From the NCBI GenBank assembly GCA_947459205.1, contig CANHCR010000008.1:7216-71215 (forward strand): a stretch of 64,000 bases of DNA, given 5' to 3'. The notes below the pieces were generated by a model. The model searched no databases. It was not told the origin of the DNA and worked only from the letters and a program-made list of their open reading frames with translations. This document shows positions 53,584-63,133 of the stretch, one piece after another. Source of the stretch: Bacillales bacterium. GTDB lineage: Bacteria > Bacillota > Bacilli > Paenibacillales > CANHCR01. The first letter of the stretch is position 1, and every line of letters begins with the position of its first letter. The position numbers and the translations under genes were made by a program.

Positions 53584-53613
53584 GTGTAAAGATGAATGAT
53601 GGGGGAATGAAAA

Positions 53614-54819
53614 ATGTCGAACCCGACAAGAAAACTGTTTACTTCAGAATCTGTCACAGAAGGTCATCCAGACAAAATTTGCGATCAGATTTCCGATTCT
53701 GTTTTAGATGCATTTTTGGCACAAGACCCGAATGCTCGTGTTGCTTGTGAAGTATCCGTAACGACTGGCCTAGTGCTTGTCGCTGGTGAAATTAGCAGTG
53801 CCGCGAAAAATGTCGATATCCCGTCGATTGTTCGTTCGACAATTGCCGGCATCGGTTACACACGTGCGAAGTACGGATTCGACTCGCAAACTTGCGCTGT
53901 GCTTACATCAATTGATGAACAGTCAGCAGATATTGCGCAAGGTGTTGATTGTGCCTTGGAAGCGCGTGAAGGACAGATGAGCGACGCCGAAATCGAAGCA
54001 ATCGGAGCCGGTGACCAAGGACTCATGTTTGGTTTCGCTGTTAACGAAACACCCGAGTTGATGCCTTTGCCGATTTCCCTGTCCCATCGAATTTCGCGCC
54101 GTCTTGCTGAAGTTCGTAAAAATGGCACCTTGCCATACTTGCGTCCCGATGGCAAAACGCAAGTCACTGTCGAATATGAAGGCGACAAACCGGTTCGCAT
54201 TGACACGATTGTCGTTTCCACACAACACGCTGAAGAAATTACGCTGGAACAAATCAAACAAGATATTCACGAGCATGTCATCCTGCCAGTAGTGCCGGCG
54301 AACATGCTTGATACCAATACAAAATATTTCATCAATCCGACGGGTCGTTTTGTCATCGGCGGTCCGCAAGGCGACGCTGGTTTGACTGGTCGAAAAATCA
54401 TCGTCGATACTTATGGTGGCTATGCACGTCACGGCGGGGGAGCTTTCTCCGGCAAAGATCCGACAAAAGTCGACCGCTCCGGTGCTTACGCTGCTCGTTA
54501 TGTTGCGAAAAACATTGTCGCTGCGGGCCTTGCGACAAAATGTGAAGTGCAAGTTGCCTACGCAATCGGGGTAGCTCAACCCGTATCGATTAGCGTCGAT
54601 ACATTTGGTACAGGCACAATTTCTGAAGACAAGCTCGTACAACTTGTGCGTAAACATTTTGACTTGCGTCCTGCCGGCATCATCAAGCAACTTGATTTGC
54701 GCCGTCCGATTTACAAAGCTACAGCCGCTTATGGACATTTCGGTCGTACCGATCTCGATGTACCTTGGGAGCGCACGGACAAAGCCGAAGTATTAAAAGC
54801 GGACGCATCGACGATTTAA
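53614..54819 (+). CDS. metK: S-adenosylmethionine synthetase
   Basis: [33 protein letters not shown]. Confidence 0.99.
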   Translation: MSNPTRKLFTSESVTEGHPDKICDQISDSVLDAFLAQDPNARVACEVSVTTGLVLVAGEISSAAKNVDIPSIVRSTIAGIGYTRAKYGFDSQTCAVLTSIDEQSADIAQGVDCALEAREGQMSDAEIEAIGAGDQGLMFGFAVNETPELMPLPISLSHRISRRLAEVRKNGTLPYLRPDGKTQVTVEYEGDKPVRIDTIVVSTQHAEEITLEQIKQDIHEHVILPVVPANMLDTNTKYFINPTGRFVIGGPQGDAGLTGRKIIVDTYGGYARHGGGAFSGKDPTKVDRSGAYAARYVAKNIVAAGLATKCEVQVAYAIGVAQPVSISVDTFGTGTISEDKLVQLVRKHFDLRPAGIIKQLDLRRPIYKATAAYGHFGRTDLDVPWERTDKAEVLKADASTI

Positions 54820-54825
54820 TAGTAA

Positions 54826-54854
54826 GCACCAATCATGCCATTCCGGCATACCCT
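54826..54854 (+). promoter_or_regulatory. putative sigma-K promoter
   Basis: GCACC-16 nt-CATACCCT. Confidence 0.35.
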
Positions 54855-54874
54855 TAATTAAAGGGGGAGTCGGA

Positions 54875-55252
54875 GTGGCTTTTTTTATGAAAAGTTGGCC
54901 CTTTATTTGCATCCTCATCTTATGTTGTGCCTACGTCGCATTTCTATACGCCAAGAAAACAAAGCGAACTATACACTATGTGTTCATTGTCCGCAATCAA
55001 CAACATACGATCGAAGGGCACATACGTAACGCATTGTTAAGACACCATTGGCGTCCGGTGAAATTATACATGACGGTCATCGACGTTGGTTCCGCAGACA
55101 TGACGTTGAAAGTCGCTGAAGCGCTTACTCGTCGCTACCCACTGCAAATAGTCAGCGTTGATAATCAAGAGGAAGTGGCACAGTTTGTCCGCACTATTAC
55201 AGATGAGCAATCCGTAATGAGCGATTTGATTTTGATTCGCGATGAATGGTAA
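54875..55252 (+). CDS. small membrane-anchored protein resembling the N-terminal part of a GT2 fold
   Basis: N-terminal TM; VFIVRNQQHTIEGHIR...VIDVGSADMT resembles GT2 P.YNE...VVDDGS.D.T. Confidence 0.6.
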   Translation: MAFFMKSWPFICILILCCAYVAFLYAKKTKRTIHYVFIVRNQQHTIEGHIRNALLRHHWRPVKLYMTVIDVGSADMTLKVAEALTRRYPLQIVSVDNQEEVAQFVRTITDEQSVMSDLILIRDEW

Positions 55253-55296
55253 AATAAGTTATAAATATTAAATAATTACTTACCATCGAGGATTAT

Positions 55297-57114
55297 ATGC
55301 TAGTAACAATATATGCTGTAACGACGCAACATAGTACTTCCTGGTATTACACCATTTGTCCACCTGTCGATCGAATCTACTGGGCCGACATACCACGTGC
55401 TCTTTTTGCGCTAGAACCACCCATTCCTTTATGTTACGCAAGGCAATGGTTGGACGAAAACCAATCGTTGCCAATCGATACGCTACCAGCACTTACTTAC
55501 TCCATTCAACAATTTGCCGAACAATCCAATTGGCCATCATCACTTATTCGTAATCTTCGGTTTGTTAGTGGTCTCGCCTTGCACGCTTTTCAAAAAGATG
55601 ACCAACGGCAACTTCAACTCGATGAGTCGCAATGGCTGAAGATGTGCATGCTACTACAAGGTCGGTCGCTTCTCATCACTGAACTACAACAGTTACTACA
55701 ACACCACAATCTTCATCACGTTGCCGAAAACTGGCCGAGATATATTCAACAAGCCATTTTATGTGACAGAGTGAGATTGAGTCCCGGCGTGCAACTTTTT
55801 CGACAAACATCGCGCAAATGGCTGGTCTTCAAACAAAACAAACGAATCTTGCAATGCTCACGCTGCGGTGCCGACGCGCAACACCTGCACCGAACTACTT
55901 GCGAGACTTGCGGATATGAATGCTCATATTGTAACCGTTGTTTGCAAATGGGTCGTTGCAAACAATGTTCGCTCGTCATATGTGGCGTGAAAAGCGACAC
56001 GTTCAAGCCGATAGCCCGCACAGTTACAAAAACAAATGAGCGCACGTCATTAACCGTATTTCAAAAAAAGGCAGCCGATGCAGCGATTCATTTTTTGCGC
56101 GAGCAGACGCACCATACGTTTCTGCTATGGGCGGTCACTGGGGCAGGAAAAACCGAAATGATGTTTCCGATATTAGAGGAACAAGTACAAAGCGGACGCA
56201 AACTCGCACTTGTCACTCCGCGCCGTGACGTTGTCCTTGAATTACTCCCGCGGATTGTCCAAGCATTCCCCGAATCGCGCGTGATTGCACTCTACGGAAG
56301 CAGTCAGCAAACTTGGCAAGATGCCGAGATTATCATTGCCACCACGCATCAAATGTTGCGTTTCTTTGCAGCGTTCGATACCGTGATTATCGATGAGATG
56401 GATGCATTTCCGTATCATAACAATCCAATGTTGTCATATGCCGTCCAAAAATCTTTGCGCCAACAGGGACAGTCGATTTGGTTGACCGCTACCCCTCCTG
56501 CAGATAGCATTCGGCTCATCAGACAAGGCCGAATTCCGCATGCCGTCGTACCGCAACGTTTTCATGGTCACCCGCTACCCGTTCCTGTACATTGTCAAAT
56601 GGCCCCTCTCTATGAGCAATTACATCGCAACCAACTTTCGCGCAATGTATGGAGAAGCATCCGAAGTTCACTGCAACGAGGCGCACAACTGTTTGTTTTC
56701 ATTCCTAAGATTCGCTTAGTACAACCGGTAGTCGAGCTGCTGCAACACGCAGTTACATCCGATAACGACAAAACTTGTGAATCAATCATCAAAGGAACAT
56801 CATCGCAGGATGAGCAACGTTCACTCAAAGTACAAGCCTTTCGTGACGGGCAGATCAACATTTTAGTGACCACCACGATTTTAGAGCGCGGTGTCACCGT
56901 TGCTTGTGCCGACGTTCTCGTGCTCGATGCCGACAACAGTCTATTTGATCGCACCTCACTCATCCAAATGGCTGGTCGAGCGGGACGTTCCTCGCAAGAT
57001 CCGAACGGCAACGTATGGTTTTGCAGTCATCATTGGACGACCGAACAACGTGCCGCAACGAAACAAATCAAACGATTCAACGATTTTTCATTTGGCAAGG
57101 TAAGGAACATATGA
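55297..57114 (+). CDS. comFA: competence DEAD-box helicase ComFA
   Basis: Zn-finger CSRC..CETC..CNRC, WAVTGAGKTE, PRRDVVLEL, DEMDAFP, TTILERGVT, QMAGRAGR. Confidence 0.93.
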   Translation: MLVTIYAVTTQHSTSWYYTICPPVDRIYWADIPRALFALEPPIPLCYARQWLDENQSLPIDTLPALTYSIQQFAEQSNWPSSLIRNLRFVSGLALHAFQKDDQRQLQLDESQWLKMCMLLQGRSLLITELQQLLQHHNLHHVAENWPRYIQQAILCDRVRLSPGVQLFRQTSRKWLVFKQNKRILQCSRCGADAQHLHRTTCETCGYECSYCNRCLQMGRCKQCSLVICGVKSDTFKPIARTVTKTNERTSLTVFQKKAADAAIHFLREQTHHTFLLWAVTGAGKTEMMFPILEEQVQSGRKLALVTPRRDVVLELLPRIVQAFPESRVIALYGSSQQTWQDAEIIIATTHQMLRFFAAFDTVIIDEMDAFPYHNNPMLSYAVQKSLRQQGQSIWLTATPPADSIRLIRQGRIPHAVVPQRFHGHPLPVPVHCQMAPLYEQLHRNQLSRNVWRSIRSSLQRGAQLFVFIPKIRLVQPVVELLQHAVTSDNDKTCESIIKGTSSQDEQRSLKVQAFRDGQINILVTTTILERGVTVACADVLVLDADNSLFDRTSLIQMAGRAGRSSQDPNGNVWFCSHHWTTEQRAATKQIKRFNDFSFGKVRNI

Positions 57115-57866
57115 GACTAGCGAAACATATTATCGACAACCTAATCGCTAAGTTAACCGAAACAGTCCATAAAAAAGATGGGAGTAAGATTGTTTGTTTA
57201 GCGTGCGGGAAAAGATCGGCGCAACACTCATTTTTTTCACAACAGCTGTGTAACCATTGCGCAAACGACATCCCTTGGATTATGAAACATGTCTGTGAGT
57301 TTTGCGGGCGCGTTCAAGCATGCACGGATTGCACCGAACGACTCCGTGCAAACGGACAAGTGCTCCACAAGAATCGGTCAGCTGTACAGTATACACCGAC
57401 CATGAAAAAATGGTTGGCATCATACAAATTCCGTGGCGACGAGCGCTGGGCCTCAATATTTGCCGAGATGATGTGGCTGACGTGGCAAACTCAAATGGAC
57501 ACACCAATCGACATCATAACGTACGTTCCGACAAGCAAGGAGCGAGCAATCGAGCGATCATTTAATCAGAGTGAAAGACTGGCGTCGCTATTAAGCGAGC
57601 GATCAAACATTCCAGTCATGCCTTTACTATGCCGGCTACAAAACGGTGACAAACAAAGCATGAAAAGCCGCACAGAGCGCTTATCAATCGAGCATGCTGT
57701 GTTCGGGTTCAATTCACAAGCGTTAGGTCAATGGAAGCAAAAATCGCTGCGAGTGCTTATCATTGACGATGTATATACAACCGGCACCACATTACATGCT
57801 TGTGCTAAATGTCTGCATGAGATTGCTGACATCCGTTGTTATGGGCTGACATGGGCCCGTTCATAA
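57111..57866 (+). CDS. comFC: ComF family amidophosphoribosyltransferase-like protein
   Basis: double Zn ribbon, ERSFNQSE, IIDDVYTTGTTL, LTWAR. Confidence 0.92.
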   Translation: MRLAKHIIDNLIAKLTETVHKKDGSKIVCLACGKRSAQHSFFSQQLCNHCANDIPWIMKHVCEFCGRVQACTDCTERLRANGQVLHKNRSAVQYTPTMKKWLASYKFRGDERWASIFAEMMWLTWQTQMDTPIDIITYVPTSKERAIERSFNQSERLASLLSERSNIPVMPLLCRLQNGDKQSMKSRTERLSIEHAVFGFNSQALGQWKQKSLRVLIIDDVYTTGTTLHACAKCLHEIADIRCYGLTWARS

Positions 57867-57941
57867 TGATGAACAATTTAGGCAAATTCGCAACAAATAT
57901 GTTACACTTGATGTACGTAATGATTCAAGGAGTGATTTGTT

Positions 57942-58352
57942 GTGGATTTAGCCAACTGCCCTCGTTGCGGGAAAATATATGCACAAACGTTTCGCAATCT
58001 CTGTCCTGCTTGCATAAAGCTGAGTGATCAAGAGTGTAGCCTTTGCAACAAATTCTTAAAAGAAAACCGTTCTGCCACTATCGATCAACTAAGCAAAGAG
58101 ACTGGGGTAGAAACTGTTCAAATTTTACAGTTCATCCGTGAAGGACGAATCTCGATTGCAAAGAATCCAAATATTAAGATTGCATGCGAAACTTGCGGAG
58201 GCCCGATTCGCGAAGGGAACTTATGTGTAAATTGTCGCAATCGGCTCATCAATTCATTTAAAGATGCCAACACTTTGACCGAACAACAGCAACCGACTCA
58301 GCGCAGTACCAGCACGTATAATGTGAATCGTGAGCGTAAAGACCGGGGCTAG
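57942..58352 (+). CDS. yvyF: YvyF / TIGR03826 flagellar-region protein
   Basis: LANCPRCGK..CPAC, FIREGRI, CE.CG.PI..G.LC..C. Confidence 0.88.
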   Translation: MDLANCPRCGKIYAQTFRNLCPACIKLSDQECSLCNKFLKENRSATIDQLSKETGVETVQILQFIREGRISIAKNPNIKIACETCGGPIREGNLCVNCRNRLINSFKDANTLTEQQQPTQRSTSTYNVNRERKDRG

Positions 58353-58393
58353 TATTTTTTGTGAAAAAAAATGAAAAACAATGAAAATGCTCT

Positions 58394-58420
58394 TAAATTT
58401 TTTTTCAACTGTTCCGATAA
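58394..58420 (+). promoter_or_regulatory. sigma-D promoter of flgM operon
   Basis: TAAA-15 nt-TCCGATAA. Confidence 0.7.
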
Positions 58421-58453
58421 CTAATACTATAATGCAAGGAACGGGGGAGAACT

Positions 58454-58741
58454 ATGAAGATTAATGATATTCGTCAATATGGTGCGATCAGTAATTACAA
58501 GAAGAACAACGATGCGAAGTCGGTCAGTTCATCAGGAAAAAAAGCCAGTCGTAAAGATGAAGTACAAATTTCAGCTGAAGCAAAATCGCTAGCGCAGCAA
58601 TACGTGACATCCGTCTCCTCCGAAGAGCGAGCGGAAACGATTAAACGTCTGAAAGAAGCGATTGCAAACAAGACATATCAAATTGATGTGGAATTGGTTG
58701 CTGAACGTATGATTAAATATTTCAAATCAAATTCCAATTGA
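58454..58741 (+). CDS. flgM: anti-sigma-D factor FlgM
   Basis: MKIND, KDEVQISAEAK, LKEAI...TYQID. Confidence 0.9.
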   Translation: MKINDIRQYGAISNYKKNNDAKSVSSSGKKASRKDEVQISAEAKSLAQQYVTSVSSEERAETIKRLKEAIANKTYQIDVELVAERMIKYFKSNSN

Positions 58742-58756
58742 GATAGGTGATGGTCG

Positions 58757-59254
58757 ATGTCCATTCAACCTGTAATTGATTTCATGCGCGGATTGCGCAC
58801 GATGCATGAAGAACTGATTGTACTTGCGCAGCAAAAGACGCGCGTGTTGATTGAGAACAATACCGCTGAACTGATGAAAATGACAAGACAAGAAAACAAA
58901 GTGCTTAAAAAAATCGAAGAAACCGAGCATCATCGCCGACTTTGGGTGGCAGCATACTTACAGTCGAAAAACTTCCCGGTTCAATACACAATCACGGTTT
59001 CAGAGTTTTCAAAATACCTCTTTCATCCCGAAGAAAAGAAAGCGCTTTTAGATGAGCAACAATTACTTTTACAGACGTTGAAGAAATTGAAGGAAACCAA
59101 TGAAAGCAATCAAACATTAATTGGTGAAGCGCTTAAATATATTGATTTCTCGATTGATTTGATGACATTCGCTGGAGACGACATCGTCTACAAAAATCCT
59201 GCGCAACAATCTCAAAGTGTTGGACGCAGTTCAATATTTGATAGCAAAGCCTAG
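58757..59254 (+). CDS. flgN: flagellar chaperone FlgN (YvyG)
   Basis: helical, N..NQ.LI, C-terminal FDSKA; between flgM and flgK. Confidence 0.88.
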   Translation: MSIQPVIDFMRGLRTMHEELIVLAQQKTRVLIENNTAELMKMTRQENKVLKKIEETEHHRRLWVAAYLQSKNFPVQYTITVSEFSKYLFHPEEKKALLDEQQLLLQTLKKLKETNESNQTLIGEALKYIDFSIDLMTFAGDDIVYKNPAQQSQSVGRSSIFDSKA

Positions 59255-59295
59255 GACGGCAAAGCACCACGCAGATTATTAAAGGAGCGATTTGA

Positions 59296-60852
59296 ATGCG
59301 TTCAACTTTTCATGGCATAGAAGTAATGAAACGATCGATGTTTACACACCAGACTTCATTACAAACGGTCGGTCATAACATCTCCAACGCAAATACAAAA
59401 GGTTATTCACGACAAAGGGTAAATCATACATCGATGTTTCCGCTCGAGTATCCTTCACTCATGCGCAGCAACTTGCCTGGACAGATGGGTCAAGGTGTTG
59501 AATTTGACTCCATCAAACGGATTCGCGAAGCTTTTTTGGATGCACAGTATATCAAGGAACAACGTGATTACGGCACGTGGAGTATTCGCAACGATACACT
59601 CAATAAAGTCGAAGCGATCATGAACGAACCGTCCGATACTGGTATCCGCCGTGTCTTGGAGAAGTTTTGGAACTCGTGGCAAGACCTTAGCAAAGATTCG
59701 GAAAACTTAAGTGCGCGTGCCGTTGTTCGTGAGACTGCCATTGCGACGGCGGACGCTTTTAATCATGTGTATAGACAATTAGACGATCTTGAAATCGATG
59801 TGAGAACAAGTGTCGAGGTAAAAGTCAGACAAATTAACACGTACGCCAGCCAACTCTCTGTATTGAATGAACAGGTGTTTCGCATGGAGTTACTTGGCCA
59901 TAACGCCAATGATTTGCGTGACAAGCGCGATTTGATCATCGATGACTTGTCAAAAATAATGAATATATCAGTCGTTGAAGAAGATGACGGCTATTTGGTT
60001 AGTTTAGGCGACACGGCGCTTGTCGATGGCAATGAGGTAAAAACATTCGTCGATAGCAGTTTATTGCAACAAGCGTACGATGATGGGCAACTAACCGGCG
60101 GCGAAGTGAATGGCATGTTTTATTCGATTGATCGCTACACAAGTTACTACAAAACTCAACTTAACTCGATGATTGTCTCGCTGGTAGAAGGCGAGTTTAA
60201 AGTGACGTTACCTAAGGGCACGGTCATTCCTGAAAGTGCAGAAATCGATGCTCCTCCTGGTTTGCTCGAAGAAGATTTAGTCGTCACTGTCAAAGGTATT
60301 AACCAGATGCACCAACTTGGTTATCAACTCGGGGATCCGCTTACTGTAGGCGAACCGTTATTTGTCATCAAGCCAGGCGGAACGCAAATGTCGGCAGAGA
60401 CAATTACGTTGAACCCGAACATTGTATCCAACCTTTCGGCACTTGCTTCTTCGAATCGAACGTACAAAGACTCGGATGGAGACGAACACGTTGTTGTTGG
60501 AAACGGTATGAACGCACTTCTAATCTCAAACATTAGAAACTCGAAAATTAAGTTTATGGATGGAACCGACCAATCCCTAGTTGTTGCGGGTACATATGAT
60601 GACTTCTTCCGTTCCTTAATCGGTGGTCTTGGTGTACAAGCTCAAGAAGCGAAGCGCCAAGAGACGAATCAACGTTTTCTTGTTGAGTCGGTTGATTCCA
60701 AACGCCAGTCAATTAGCGGTGTTTCGATGGATGAAGAAATGGCTGACATGGTCAAATTTCAACACGCATACAACGCTGCCGCTAGACAGTTGACCACGTT
60801 TGATGAGATGCTCGACAAAATGATTAACGGAATGGGAACTGTCGGTCGATAA
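59296..60852 (+). CDS. flgK: hook-associated protein FlgK
   Basis: MRSTFHG, GHNISNANT.GYSRQ, SGVSMDEEM..FQHAYNA. Confidence 0.96.
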   Translation: MRSTFHGIEVMKRSMFTHQTSLQTVGHNISNANTKGYSRQRVNHTSMFPLEYPSLMRSNLPGQMGQGVEFDSIKRIREAFLDAQYIKEQRDYGTWSIRNDTLNKVEAIMNEPSDTGIRRVLEKFWNSWQDLSKDSENLSARAVVRETAIATADAFNHVYRQLDDLEIDVRTSVEVKVRQINTYASQLSVLNEQVFRMELLGHNANDLRDKRDLIIDDLSKIMNISVVEEDDGYLVSLGDTALVDGNEVKTFVDSSLLQQAYDDGQLTGGEVNGMFYSIDRYTSYYKTQLNSMIVSLVEGEFKVTLPKGTVIPESAEIDAPPGLLEEDLVVTVKGINQMHQLGYQLGDPLTVGEPLFVIKPGGTQMSAETITLNPNIVSNLSALASSNRTYKDSDGDEHVVVGNGMNALLISNIRNSKIKFMDGTDQSLVVAGTYDDFFRSLIGGLGVQAQEAKRQETNQRFLVESVDSKRQSISGVSMDEEMADMVKFQHAYNAAARQLTTFDEMLDKMINGMGTVGR

Positions 60853-60897
60853 TTTATTACTACCAATAACGGATTCGTATGAGGGGAGATGGACAAC

Positions 60898-61800
60898 ATG
60901 ACAATACGTGTCACACTTGGAATGTTGAACAGTCAATTTATTAGCAATTTAAATAACAACTTGATGCGTAAAGAACAATTACTAGAACAGTCAGCAACTG
61001 GAAAAATCGTGAACAGACCGTCGGATGATCCAGTAGGCATTACATTTGCTATGCGCTATCGCAGTGAAATCGCTGCGAACGAGCAACATCAGCGCAACTT
61101 AGATTCAGCCGTTTCTTTTTTGGAAAATATTGATGTCACACTTAACCAAGCGACTACGCTCATCCAACGTGTTCGCGAACTCAACGTTCAAGGTCTGAAT
61201 GACACGAACGATAAGTCTGCGCGTGAAGCGATTGCATTGGAAATCGACCAGATCAGAATTGAGTTTGTCAATTTAGCCAATACTCGATACAATGATAAAT
61301 ACATTTTTAATGGCGAAAAAACGGATATTAAACCGTATGACGAATTGATCGAGGCTCCGAACGAGGCAATCACAGACACCGGTTCTCTTCGATACGAAGT
61401 AGGTATTGGTGTAACAGTACCGACAAGTATCCCAGGAAATGAAGTGTTTGGGTTCCCGGATGACGACGACAACTTGTTTACCGTGCTTGAACAGTTGTCA
61501 GATGCGATGAGAGCCGGTAACACAACGGATATGAATAATTCATTAGGGTTCATCGACACGCGCATGGACGCTATTTTAGGAGCGCGAGCGACTGTCGGTT
61601 CGCGTATGAATCGCTTGGAGTTCATCTCCACACGTCTCGAAGACATTGATTTGAATTTGACGAGACTTCAATCAGAGGTCGAGGACGCAAACATGGCGGA
61701 ACTTCTCATACAAATGAAAGCGCATGAGAGCGTCTACCAAGCTTCTCTTGCCACTGGCGCTAAAATCATCACACCGACACTCATTGATTTCTTAAGATAA
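60898..61800 (+). CDS. flgL: hook-associated protein FlgL
   Basis: TGK..NRPSDDPV, YIFNG, YQASL...PTLIDFLR. Confidence 0.96.
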   Translation: MTIRVTLGMLNSQFISNLNNNLMRKEQLLEQSATGKIVNRPSDDPVGITFAMRYRSEIAANEQHQRNLDSAVSFLENIDVTLNQATTLIQRVRELNVQGLNDTNDKSAREAIALEIDQIRIEFVNLANTRYNDKYIFNGEKTDIKPYDELIEAPNEAITDTGSLRYEVGIGVTVPTSIPGNEVFGFPDDDDNLFTVLEQLSDAMRAGNTTDMNNSLGFIDTRMDAILGARATVGSRMNRLEFISTRLEDIDLNLTRLQSEVEDANMAELLIQMKAHESVYQASLATGAKIITPTLIDFLR

Positions 61801-61814
61801 AGGAAGTGATTTGA

Positions 61815-62384
61815 ATGTCTCCAATTCCACACATTCAAATCAATCGTACTCCACTCATCATGGAGTATAAAACTACGCCCGGTAAGATTGAAATGGAACA
61901 ACCACATGCACAAATTACGTACAACCATAAACCGGTTCATGTTGATTTGCAGGTTGTTTCCGAAGGAAAGTTGACGATTAATCAAGATCGAGCATGGGAT
62001 GCGACATCGCTTGGTGGCGTAACCTATCACACGAATCACATTTATTCGCAATCGAAGCAGGTTGTCATGCAGGCGCTTGCCCGAATCGTTGCAGATGGCA
62101 ATCGGATGGCGCAAGTAACAAGGGGCACAGTTATTCACGAGTTGCATGAGAGCGAACCGCTTAAAGAGATTCCGTATATTTATACAGCGGACGCTTCGAT
62201 TGATAACGTGAACATTGAATATCAACGGAAAGAGATTGAGTTCACCGTCGACCCCGCACAATTGAGTTTTGATGTCCAAGTGAACCCGCCACGTTTTCAA
62301 ATTGTCTATCCCAAATTTGATGCGTACGTAAAACAGCATAACAACGTTGAAATCGTACCGCCAGCTATCGATGTCAAATGGTAA
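61815..62384 (+). CDS. yviE: YviE / DUF6470 family protein
   Basis: IQI..TP, LTINQ..AW, IVADGNRMA; between flgL and fliW. Confidence 0.75.
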   Translation: MSPIPHIQINRTPLIMEYKTTPGKIEMEQPHAQITYNHKPVHVDLQVVSEGKLTINQDRAWDATSLGGVTYHTNHIYSQSKQVVMQALARIVADGNRMAQVTRGTVIHELHESEPLKEIPYIYTADASIDNVNIEYQRKEIEFTVDPAQLSFDVQVNPPRFQIVYPKFDAYVKQHNNVEIVPPAIDVKW

Positions 62385-62415
62385 TCGATCAATCTAAGAA
62401 AAGGTGAGAATTATT

Positions 62416-62847
62416 TTGAAATTGCAAACTCATAGATTTGGTGAAATCGACATCAACGAAGAAGGAATCATCACATTCCCTAACGGTCTGCCAGGTTTTG
62501 AAGAGTTAACAAAATTTATCTTTATCCAAGAGTCAGCTGAGCAATCGTTTGCATACATGCAGTCAGTAGAAGATGGCGACGTTTCGTTCATCATCGTCAA
62601 CCCGTTCCTCTTCTTCGAGGATTACGAATTTGATCTATCAGATGAAGAGCAGGCAGAATTGCAGATCGAAAATGCCGATGACTTAAATATTTGGTCGATT
62701 ATGAACGTCACAGACTCACTTGAGAACGCCACCTTGAACTTGCTTGCACCGATTATTGTCAATTTCAAAGCGCGTTTAGGAAAACAGATCATTATCCAAA
62801 ACACATCCTACCAAACGAAACATTTTCTAAATCTAAACAGGGGCTGA
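62416..62847 (+). CDS. fliW: flagellar assembly factor FliW
   Basis: RFGEI, FPNGLPGFE, NPFLFF.DYEF, NLLAPIIVN. Confidence 0.94.
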   Translation: MKLQTHRFGEIDINEEGIITFPNGLPGFEELTKFIFIQESAEQSFAYMQSVEDGDVSFIIVNPFLFFEDYEFDLSDEEQAELQIENADDLNIWSIMNVTDSLENATLNLLAPIIVNFKARLGKQIIIQNTSYQTKHFLNLNRG

Positions 62848-62853
62848 TGCTCA

Positions 62854-63099
62854 ATGCTTGTCTTAACGCGCAAAAAAGGCGAATCCATTATGATCGACAA
62901 CCATATTTCAGTCACTGTACTCGGTGTAGATGGAGATACGGTGAAAATTGGCATTGCAGCTCCCAAAGAAGTTGGAGTATTCAGAAAGGAAGTTTACGAG
63001 TCCATCCAGCAGTCCAATCGACAGGCGATTGCCGCCTCTTTGAACCCGCAGGACATTCAAAACTTACTGAATCATAACAAAAAAGAAAAAGGGGATTAA
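62854..63099 (+). CDS. csrA: carbon storage regulator
   Basis: MLVLTRKKGESIMI, VKIGI.AP, RKEVY. Confidence 0.97.
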   Translation: MLVLTRKKGESIMIDNHISVTVLGVDGDTVKIGIAAPKEVGVFRKEVYESIQQSNRQAIAASLNPQDIQNLLNHNKKEKGD

Positions 63100-63110
63100 C
63101 CCCTTTTTTT
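63086..63110 (+). terminator. terminator after csrA
   Basis: AAAAAGGGG-ATTAA-CCCCTTTTTTT. Confidence 0.65.
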
Positions 63111-63133
63111 ATTGGCTAGAAACGGAGGTATTG

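Noticed and set aside
53502..53613. SAM-I (S-box) riboswitch upstream of metK
   Set aside because: No ATCAAGAG/kink-turn/GGTGC(C/T)AA consensus and insufficient length
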